This document shows, in pieces, positions 31,745 to 38,642 of a stretch of DNA of 56,900 nt (position 1 is the first letter of the stretch; every line of letters begins with the position of its first letter). The notes beneath the pieces are model-generated. The model ran no database searches, was not told the DNA's origin, and saw nothing but the letters and a program-made list of their open reading frames with translations. This DNA is from Candidatus Binatia bacterium. Lineage in GTDB: Bacteria; Desulfobacterota; Binatia; UBA9968. Both the position numbers and the translations under genes were made by a program. The stretch is taken from contig JBBDNJ010000297.1 of NCBI GenBank assembly GCA_040877705.1, positions 1-56,900 of the forward strand, read 5' to 3'.

Positions 31745-32302
31745 TTACGCGGCCCATTTCTCTATCAGAGTAATCGGTACTCGCTCGTTTTTGTCTGTCG
31801 TGACTTCAGCCGTTGGCGGGATAAGCAGCACCGGACACGGAGCTTGTCGGGCGACTCGCTCAGTAAGCTTGGCGCGAAACAGGCTGCTTAGCCGAGAAGC
31901 TTGACTTGCCATGACGATAAGATCGCACTTTTCCTCTTTGGCGGCAGCCACGATTTCTTTTGCGACATTACCGTATTTTATGACAGGTTTAATCGTCACC
32001 GCCTTACTAAGCTCAATTCCTAAGCGCTGCTCCACAAACGCGCGAATGATCGGTTTCTTTCTTTCAAAAAGGTCGCCTAAACCAACCTGGCCGGTGCTGA
32101 TCGGCGGAGTTCCCGCAGGTGAAGCTAAACCCTCCGTAGCATACCCTTGCGAGAACTGTCCCTTGAGCTCGTTAGTCCTCAGGACATGAACCACGGCTAG
32201 CTCGGCGTTATAGGCCCTGGCAAGCGACATCGCGTAGCCGATCGCCGGCACCGACGCATCGGAGAGATCCGTCGAAACGATGATTTTCTTAACTGTGATC
32301 AT
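31745..32302 (-). CDS. universal stress protein family
   Basis: Has KKIIVSTDLSDASVPAIGYAMSLARAYNAELAVVHV and a C-terminal LTERVARQAPCPVLLIP segment, the typical UspA fold pattern. Confidence 0.75.
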   Translation of the reverse strand: MITVKKIIVSTDLSDASVPAIGYAMSLARAYNAELAVVHVLRTNELKGQFSQGYATEGLASPAGTPPISTGQVGLGDLFERKKPIIRAFVEQRLGIELSKAVTIKPVIKYGNVAKEIVAAAKEEKCDLIVMASQASRLSSLFRAKLTERVARQAPCPVLLIPPTAEVTTDKNERVPITLIEKWAA

Positions 32303-32489
32303 AGTTTCACCCCCCCAGAAATTTGTAGCGATCCTCTACATACTTTTGGCAGCAACCGACGTGCCAGCATCCACCTCAACGAAATCGCCGCCGCCTGCAG
32401 GTCGTGTCTCGAAACTGAGATTATTCCCAGAGATGAGTCATTATAAATGTCGCAGAATGAAGAGTCGTGAAGGCCGAATCGAAGGGCGG

Positions 32490-32852
32490 CTAGCGGGTGT
32501 CCCGCGTCCAAGTTACGTTATTAGGCCAATCAATTCTATCGCGTCGAACTTCGGCCCGCAGTCCGCCTTCCCAGTCCAAAGCGCGGACGGTTCCATCGCG
32601 GTTAACTTCTAAGCGGGAAGTCTGGCCCCGCTCGTTTCTCGCTTCGAGTCCGCCACCTGTTGAAATGATCTCGGCGCGTTTGTTGCGATCGCCGTTGACG
32701 TACCAGGTACCCTCCAAGCTCTGCGAACCTCGAAAAATATCCCAGATCCCTCCCCCTCGTCCGTCATTTCTTCCGCCGCCCTCGAAAACGGGTCCGCAAG
32801 AAACTGCGAAAAATGCGATCATCACCAACCACAGCAGAGTTGTTTTCTTCAC
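32490..32852 (-). CDS. small secreted protein / putative lipoprotein
   Basis: 120-aa ORF with a hydrophobic signal ending in AVSCG. No family was recognised. Confidence 0.4.
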   Translation of the reverse strand: MKKTTLLWLVMIAFFAVSCGPVFEGGGRNDGRGGGIWDIFRGSQSLEGTWYVNGDRNKRAEIISTGGGLEARNERGQTSRLEVNRDGTVRALDWEGGLRAEVRRDRIDWPNNVTWTRDTR

Positions 32853-33128
32853 TTGTTCCTCCTTGTTGTTCTACTTAGATCCGCAATCGATATGCCAATC
32901 TAAACTCAATTAAAAAAAGTCTTAAGTCTCAGTATTGGAACAAATCTTGAGTTTTGTCCAGGCACCAACGTGCTTACTTTGTTAGTGTCCGGTTTCAGAA
33001 GTTTCATTTAAGAAGTCATTCGGCCTTTTACCGTCATACCGGCGAAAGCCGGTATCCAGAAGTTTTCGAAATTCCTGGATTGAACCATGTAACGAACTTG
33101 TGTGAGGCAACCATACACTAGAGGGTTA

Positions 33129-33200
33129 TTTTTTTCTTGCATCACCGGCTCGTTCGAATAATATCCGCGGCGGCGATGTGGGCGTATGCCGGCGAGGCCA
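33129..33200 (+). repeat. direct repeat copy A flanking the pRiA4b-ORF3-like gene
   Basis: TTTTTCTTGCATCACCGGCTCGTTCGAATAATATCCGCGGCGGCGATGTGGGCG... recurs with substitutions at 34251-34325. The copies share an identical ATCCGCGGCGGCGATGTGGG core. Confidence 0.7.
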
Positions 33201-33433
33201 GGCCAAGCTTAAGACAGCTATTGTTCTCGCGCCAAGACGCCAAGCACGCAAAGTGACAGGGGAAGCCCGTCATCGTGAGCGGATGCGAAGGATCTATGAA
33301 GGATTTCTCGCTTCGCTCGAAATGACGCCTTGGCGCCTTTTGCTCCGTTGTGCGACTAATAATAAAATGCCACGCTCTTCAAAACATCTAATTTGGATAA
33401 GCGTGATTTTAAACGAAAGGTGGACCCAATATC

Positions 33434-33994
33434 GTGCACGACGGCAAATCATTGCAGATTTATCAACTCAAGATTTCACTGAGAGATATACGCCCCACGA
33501 TTTGGCGGCGGCTACAAGTCCGCGGCGATGTCACGCTTGCCAAGCTGCACCGAATCATTCAGGCGGCCATGGGTTGGTACGATTCTCACCTGCATCAGTT
33601 CATCGTTGGCGAGACCTGCTATGGCGTTCCCAGTCGTGAGGACCTCTCGGAAGTCAAAGACGAAAAGAAAGTGCGGCTGGACCAAATACTTTCCAGGCCG
33701 GGAAGAAAAATGGTTTATGAGTACGACTTCGGTGACGGCTGGGAGCAGGAAATATTGCTGGAGAAAGTTTTACAACCCGATTCCAAAGTTCGGTATCCGC
33801 GCTGTATCGGCGGCGCCCGCGCCTGCCCGCCTGAGGATTGTGGCGGCGTCCCCGGCTATGCGAATTTTCTCGAAGCGATTCGCGATCCCCGCCACGAAGA
33901 ACACGAGGAAATGCTCGAATGGATCGGCGGTGAATTCGATCCGGAAGAGTTCGACTTGGAGGAGTTTGACAATGCGCTGAGGCGCATCAGGTAA
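33434..33994 (+). CDS. plasmid pRiA4b ORF-3-like family protein
   Basis: YQLKISLRDIRPTIWRRLQVRGDVTLAKLHRIIQAAMGWYDSHLHQF plus YEYDFGDGWEQEI is the characteristic pattern of this family, which is often a passenger in mobile elements. GTG start. Confidence 0.75.
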   Translation: MHDGKSLQIYQLKISLRDIRPTIWRRLQVRGDVTLAKLHRIIQAAMGWYDSHLHQFIVGETCYGVPSREDLSEVKDEKKVRLDQILSRPGRKMVYEYDFGDGWEQEILLEKVLQPDSKVRYPRCIGGARACPPEDCGGVPGYANFLEAIRDPRHEEHEEMLEWIGGEFDPEEFDLEEFDNALRRIR

Positions 33995-34250
33995 GTTGTT
34001 TGGCGAAGAAACCAAGGGAGGCGATGGAACATCGTGAACATTTTGAACGGGCATCAATAACGGGCATCAATATTATTGACTGACGCCCAGGATCATCGTT
34101 GTCTCCACTATCGTCAGCTCGTCTCGAGACACTCTCTGAATAATTTCTAACCGCTTTTCTTCTTGTATCGTCAGGGTTGTCATCCAGACACCGTGACATA
34201 ATGACGTTGCCATTAACCCCTGACAGATTCACTTTGCTACAACACGAGTT

Positions 34251-34325
34251 ATTTTTGTTCTTGCATAACCGGCTGGTTGGAATAAGATCCGCGGCGGCGA
34301 TGTGGGATGCAACCGGGCGAGGCAT
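34251..34325 (+). repeat. direct repeat copy B
   Basis: TTTTTGTTCTTGCATAACCGGCTGGTTGGAATAAGATCCGCGGCGGCGATGTGGGATG..., in the same orientation as copy A. Confidence 0.7.
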
Positions 34326-34413
34326 TTCGAATCTCCGTGCGTAAATCCCGTCAACTGACAGCGGTTCAATAAATCAGCGCGTGTATCTGATTCCGTATCC
34401 TTTAGAGGAGCGT

Positions 34414-35394
34414 ATGACACGGAGTAAGCCTGTAGCACGAGCGATACAATTACTTTCTCTAATAGAGAAAAATTCCAACGGGCTACGAGTAACCGACATG
34501 GCGGACCAGCTCGGCGCGCCGCTCAGAGCCGTTTACCGTGACCTGGATGTTTTACAGCAACTTGAGGTGCCGCTTTATACGGACAGAGACGGCAAAGAAA
34601 GCTACTGGAAGGTCGATCCGGATTATCGCAACAGGTTATCCATTCCTTTCACTCTGTCAGAACTTCTCTCGCTGTATTTTGCGCAAGACTCCATCCGCCC
34701 ACTGAACGGGACGGTACTCTATGATTCGCTGGACTCCCTCTTCGATAAGGTTAGAGCGATTCTGCCCAAGCCTGTTTTCCGACAAATGATTGGCTTGCGC
34801 GGCAGCTTTCTCTCCGGAATTCCTGCTCAAAAGGATTACGGAACATATCGCGAGTTCATCAAGATCATTCAGGAAGGCATCGAAGAGCGGAAAACACTTG
34901 AGCTTCTCTATCGCGCTTTGAACAAGGAGCCGACCGGTCGCAAGGTTGATCCATACGGAGTTCACCTTCATAACGGGACGCTGTATCTAATCGGCTACTG
35001 CCACCTGCGCAAAGACATCAGATCCTTCGTCGTGGATCGGATGCAGAAAATCAAACTGGCTGAGGAATCGTTCGCTATGCCGCCCGGATTTTCTTTGGAG
35101 AGCTACCTCCGTCACAGCTTCGGCATGTATACGGAGGAGCTCGTCCGGGTAAGAGTGCGCTTTCATAAATCCCTGACTCGCTATTTATTGGAACGGCGCT
35201 GGCACCCCACGCAAAAAAACAAAAAGCTAAACGACGGCTCGTTGGAACTGTCCTTCGAAGTAGCCGGCACAAAAGAGATCAAGACCTGGATCTTGGGCTT
35301 CGGTTCTCTCGCCAAGGCCCTCGAACCGGCACCGTTGGTCAAAGAGATCAAGGACGACCTGAAGAAATCGCTGAAATCCTACGCCAAACCATAG
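34414..35394 (+). CDS. HTH-WYL-domain transcriptional regulator (PafBC/BrxR/CapW-like architecture)
   Basis: N-terminal wHTH (ARAIQLLSLIEKNSNGLRVTDMADQLGAPLRAVYRDLDVL), a central WYL-type block (RKVDPYGVHLHNGTLYLIGYCHLRKDIRSFVVDRM) and a C-terminal extension. ATG 34414 lies behind an AGAGGAG site. Confidence 0.8.
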   Translation: MTRSKPVARAIQLLSLIEKNSNGLRVTDMADQLGAPLRAVYRDLDVLQQLEVPLYTDRDGKESYWKVDPDYRNRLSIPFTLSELLSLYFAQDSIRPLNGTVLYDSLDSLFDKVRAILPKPVFRQMIGLRGSFLSGIPAQKDYGTYREFIKIIQEGIEERKTLELLYRALNKEPTGRKVDPYGVHLHNGTLYLIGYCHLRKDIRSFVVDRMQKIKLAEESFAMPPGFSLESYLRHSFGMYTEELVRVRVRFHKSLTRYLLERRWHPTQKNKKLNDGSLELSFEVAGTKEIKTWILGFGSLAKALEPAPLVKEIKDDLKKSLKSYAKP

Positions 35395-35417
35395 CAACGT
35401 CCTCTCAAAACAACTAG

Positions 35418-35455
35418 AAACATGTGACACGATTCGACAAACGTCTGTGGTATAA
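35418..35455 (+). promoter_or_regulatory. 38-nt promoter/operator-like element, copy 1
   Basis: AAACATGTGACACGATTCGACAAACGTCTGTGGTATAA is identical to 37298-37335 except for one base. It ends in an extended -10-like TGGTATAA and lies 66 nt upstream of the 35522 ORF. Confidence 0.55.
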
Positions 35456-35521
35456 AAAGTACTTCCGTTCACGGCGTTTCGAACGAATTGAACTTTAACC
35501 CGATCCAAGCGAGGTGACGCT

Positions 35522-36037
35522 ATGGGACTATTTGATACGATCAGTGCGACGCTTCCCTGTCCTGTTTGCGGTTCGATCAAAGAACGTGAGATTCAGACTA
35601 AGAAGGGACCTGGCGCCCTGTTCAACCTGGAGGTCGGGGATACCCTTGAGCCGTTCTTTTACGGCGACTACTGGATGGAAGAGGAATGGGATTGTGACGA
35701 TTGCCGCGAACGCACGCAAGCAGAAACGCGCTGGCACAAGACATTTATCCATTGCATCAACGGCTTGATCGTAGAAGTCACACCGGAAAAACCGCCGCAG
35801 GGCAAATTGCCTGACTGGGACCTCATCCACAATCTTTCTCGGGACCGCCATCGTTATCGCCAAACGCTCAGGGTTATTAAAAACTTTGTCTTGGCCTTCA
35901 AGGAAAGAACGGAAGCCGGAGAAAGAAAGCGGCATCCGCTTCTGGATATCGGCCCAAAAACTATAGACGAGTTGCTGAGCCAAATTGTCGATGACGTAGA
36001 GCGAGCGGAGAGAGGAGAACCTCCTGGGTTGTTTTGA
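35522..36037 (+). CDS. hypothetical Zn-ribbon protein
   Basis: 171-aa ORF with CPVC ... CDDC pairs. It lies upstream of, and probably in an operon with, the Fic gene. No family was recognised. Confidence 0.5.
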   Translation: MGLFDTISATLPCPVCGSIKEREIQTKKGPGALFNLEVGDTLEPFFYGDYWMEEEWDCDDCRERTQAETRWHKTFIHCINGLIVEVTPEKPPQGKLPDWDLIHNLSRDRHRYRQTLRVIKNFVLAFKERTEAGERKRHPLLDIGPKTIDELLSQIVDDVERAERGEPPGLF

Positions 36038-36083
36038 GCTGTTTTAGCCAGGCCTCGTCCTACAATCATAAAGCGGAGACATC

Positions 36084-37142
36084 GTGAGATCCTTTGAACA
36101 CAACTATCTGTTTGATGCGCCTCTTTCCCACGCTCTTCTTATAACGGTCCGTTCCCTCGGTGAGTTTCGCGGCCGTCAGGTTCTATACTCCGAACAGTCG
36201 CCTGAAATCCTGGAGACATTGAGACGTGTGGCCATGGTTCAGAGCACCGAATCTTCAAACCGCATAGAAGGCATTACCGTCGCAGCGGACCGGCTTGAGG
36301 CTTTGGTCGTGAAGAAAGTAACGCCCAAGGACCGTTCGGAGCAAGAAGTCGCAGGATACCGAGACGTATTGGCGACGATCCATGCCAACTACAATAAACT
36401 GCGCTTGTCCACAGATTTGATTCAGAGCTGGCACAAACAGATGTACCGCTTTACGGGAGAATCTGGAGGTGAATGGAAAAAGAAAGACAACGCGATTTTA
36501 GAGGTTCTTTCTGACGGTCGGCAGGTGGTGCGTTTTCAGCCGGTCTCGGCGCTGGCGACAGCAAAATCGATGGAGCGTCTTGTCACCTTGTTCAGCCGTG
36601 CGATGAACGAGGGTAAGACCGATCCGCTGCTTCTGATTGCTTCATTTGTTTTTGACTTTGAGTGTGTCCACCCATTCATGGATGGGAACGGACGCATTGG
36701 ACGTTTGCTGACTATTTTGTCACTCTACCAAGCCGGTTACGAAGTAGGACAGTATATCAGCCTGGAGCGGATTGTAGAAGAGAGCAAAGAAACCTACTAC
36801 GAAGCTCTTCTCAAGAGTTCCCAGAAGTGGCATGAAGCGCAGCATGACCTCTGCCCCTGGTGGAACTACTTTTTGGGCATGCTGACCGCGGCCTACAAGG
36901 AATTTGAGTTGAGGGTTGGGTCCATAACCTCGGCGCGAGGAGCCAAGAGGGAAATGGTCCAGCGGGCGATTGAGCGGATGGTGGGCCGTTTCACCATTGG
37001 AGACCTCAGGCGAGTCTGTCCTGGAGTTAGCTATCCTACTTTACAACGCGCTCTCGCGGATCTAAAACGGAAACGGAAAGTGAAGTGTTTGGGGCGTGGA
37101 CCAGATTCTCAATGGGAACGCATCCGGGGGGTGATAAGATAA
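36084..37142 (+). CDS. Fic family protein (Fic_N + Fic + C-terminal wHTH architecture)
   Basis: Canonical Fic motif HPFMDGNGRIGR, an N-terminal inhibitory-helix-type motif SSNRIEG (S-x-x-x-E-G), and a C-terminal segment (RFTIGDLRRVCPGVSYPTLQRALADL) that resembles a wHTH. GTG start. Confidence 0.85.
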   Translation: MRSFEHNYLFDAPLSHALLITVRSLGEFRGRQVLYSEQSPEILETLRRVAMVQSTESSNRIEGITVAADRLEALVVKKVTPKDRSEQEVAGYRDVLATIHANYNKLRLSTDLIQSWHKQMYRFTGESGGEWKKKDNAILEVLSDGRQVVRFQPVSALATAKSMERLVTLFSRAMNEGKTDPLLLIASFVFDFECVHPFMDGNGRIGRLLTILSLYQAGYEVGQYISLERIVEESKETYYEALLKSSQKWHEAQHDLCPWWNYFLGMLTAAYKEFELRVGSITSARGAKREMVQRAIERMVGRFTIGDLRRVCPGVSYPTLQRALADLKRKRKVKCLGRGPDSQWERIRGVIR

Positions 37143-37297
37143 TCACATCACGAAAAACCAAAGTGATAACAACGGCGGTGATCTTCCAAATTTCATGGAG
37201 CATTTAAACTACTTGAACGGAGCGAAGCGGTTGAACGATTTGAACGTTTTGAACACTGACGAGGTCATTATAGAGTCGGCTGGCAGAAAAATCTTAA

Positions 37298-37335
37298 AAA
37301 CATGTGACACGATTCGACAAACGTCTGTGATATAA
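37298..37335 (+). promoter_or_regulatory. 38-nt promoter/operator-like element, copy 2
   Basis: AAACATGTGACACGATTCGACAAACGTCTGTGATATAA, 74 nt upstream of the CARF-like gene. Confidence 0.55.
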
Positions 37336-37409
37336 GGGGGCTTGTTTCTGAGGCAGAGGCAAGCGGTGTCGGAGAGATACCGAAGTGTTGGCTGTACATA
37401 TTCTCAATC

Positions 37410-38042
37410 GTGAGTGAACAGGTACTCATTGCGACGTTAGGTTCGGAGCCTCAGGTTGTCACTCTGGTACTGGACCAGCTGCGGGAGAAGGGGAATCCGA
37501 TAGCGGAAGTGATAGTCGTGCACACCATGGGAGAATCAGTGCAGCATTCATTAATGCGTCTCAATGATGAGTTCAGGCGGGCGGGAAGCCCCCGTTACAG
37601 AGCCGTGACGGTGGAAGACAAAGGTTGGCCGGTAGCCGATATCGGTACGGAGGATGAAGTGGCGGCACTGTTGCGGACGCTCTACCGGACGGTCCTCGCC
37701 GAGAAGCGAGCCGGGAGGCTTGTGCACATGAGCATCGCCGGCGGACGAAAACCAATGGCGGTCTATGGAATGGCCGTCGCCCAGCTTCTCTTCGATGAGG
37801 ATGATCGAGTGTGGCACTTGCTTTCAGAAGGGTGGAAGCCGGGGGATGAGCGGGTGATGCATGCGAAACCTGGCGATGCAATTTCACTCCTGCCCGTGCC
37901 GGTGTTGCGCTGGAGTTCGGTGTCGCCAGTGATGACGGAGCTGGCGGTTCCTAACCGCGACCGGCAAGCGCCGCTTGCTAGGCTGCGGAAGAAAGAGGTC
38001 GAGGTTTCGCTCGACTTTCGCGGCCCAGGTCCAAACGATTGA
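37410..38042 (+). CDS. CRISPR-associated Cas_NE0113-family (CARF-like) protein
   Basis: VLIATLGSEPQVVTLVLDQL at the N-terminus and HMSIAGGRKPMAVYG match my recollection of the NE0113 (TIGR02584-type) family pattern (tlG.sPqvvTe...; h.SiAGGRKtM). No fused effector domain is evident in the 210 aa. GTG start. Confidence 0.65.
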   Translation: MSEQVLIATLGSEPQVVTLVLDQLREKGNPIAEVIVVHTMGESVQHSLMRLNDEFRRAGSPRYRAVTVEDKGWPVADIGTEDEVAALLRTLYRTVLAEKRAGRLVHMSIAGGRKPMAVYGMAVAQLLFDEDDRVWHLLSEGWKPGDERVMHAKPGDAISLLPVPVLRWSSVSPVMTELAVPNRDRQAPLARLRKKEVEVSLDFRGPGPND

Positions 38043-38074
38043 CGGCGCTGCCGCACCCGTTTTGTGATTGCTTT

Positions 38075-38100
38075 CGGACTTTCGGAATTCCGAAAGTCCG
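38075..38100. repeat. perfect 26-nt palindrome
   Basis: CGGACTTTCGGAATTCCGAAAGTCCG (13-nt arms), 33 nt downstream of the CARF gene stop. There is no following T-run, so it may be a hairpin terminator or a symmetric protein-binding site. Confidence 0.6.
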
Positions 38101-38246
38101 CAGTGGGAGGTGGGGGGATGGAAGGATTGGAAGGAGCGGCAAGAAGCATGAACAATTTGAACTATGAGAATAGACGGTGCATAAGGCATCCTGGTTGTAG
38201 GCCGGAGATTATTGTAAAACCCGGCTCTGAGTTTTAGGCCGTAGAG

Positions 38247-38642
38247 ATGAAAGCGATCAGATTGACCCCGGCAGAAAGAGCGGCGATCACAAGAAAGTAG
38301 CGACGGGCGAGCGCAAAGGCTCATGCTACAGCTCGAAACGCCAAGTTGTTTGCGAAATACGCTCTTGGCAAAGCGGGGTGGAAGGTTGCGTCTCTCGATA
38401 GCCCCTAAGGCTTCGAATACAAAGGCGTCGTGGACCTTGTGGCGGTCAAGCGAAACAACCGATCTCCCGATGAGCTTACGATCATGCTGGTTCAGGTTAA
38501 GGGTGGGAGCGCGAGAGTAACGAAGGAGGAGCTTTCGAGACTTCGGAGAGCTGCAAGCCACCCGCGGGTTACATGGAACGTGGCAGCAAAACCCGCTAAA
38601 AGCGTCCGCTTCAAGAAGTCCTTAGATTGGGAGACTGAATAA
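38247..38642 (+). pseudogene. decayed Hjc/PD-(D/E)xK-like small nuclease gene with two in-frame stops
   Basis: A single frame from ATG 38247 to the stop at 38640-38642 reads MKAIRLTPAERAAITRK*RRASAKAHATARNAKLFAKYALGKAGWKVASLDSP*GFEYKGVVDLVAVKR...IMLVQVKGG, with TAG at 38298 and TAA at 38406. The G-W-x-V ... DLVAV ... VQVK layout resembles archaeal-type Holliday-junction-resolvase-like nucleases. Its stop overlaps the cas10d ATG (TAATG). Confidence 0.45.

Noticed and set aside
33178-33980. Alternative-frame ORFs 33178-33639 and 33528-33980, which overlap the pRiA4b-ORF3-like gene.
   Set aside because: The 33434-33994 frame carries the diagnostic family motifs. The others are Arg/Ser-rich shadow frames, one of them starting inside the direct repeat.
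38298-38408. In-frame TAG and TAA in the small nuclease-like frame as programmed recoding or an alternative genetic code.
   Set aside because: TAA, TAG and TGA all terminate well-supported neighbouring genes at sensible positions.

No pyrrolysine or recoding context is visible, so a pseudogene is the simpler reading.
37884-38561. 225-aa minus-strand ORF spanning the CARF gene end, the palindrome and the decayed nuclease gene.
   Set aside because: It has no recognisable motif. It overlaps better-supported plus-strand features and non-coding structure, so it is probably spurious.
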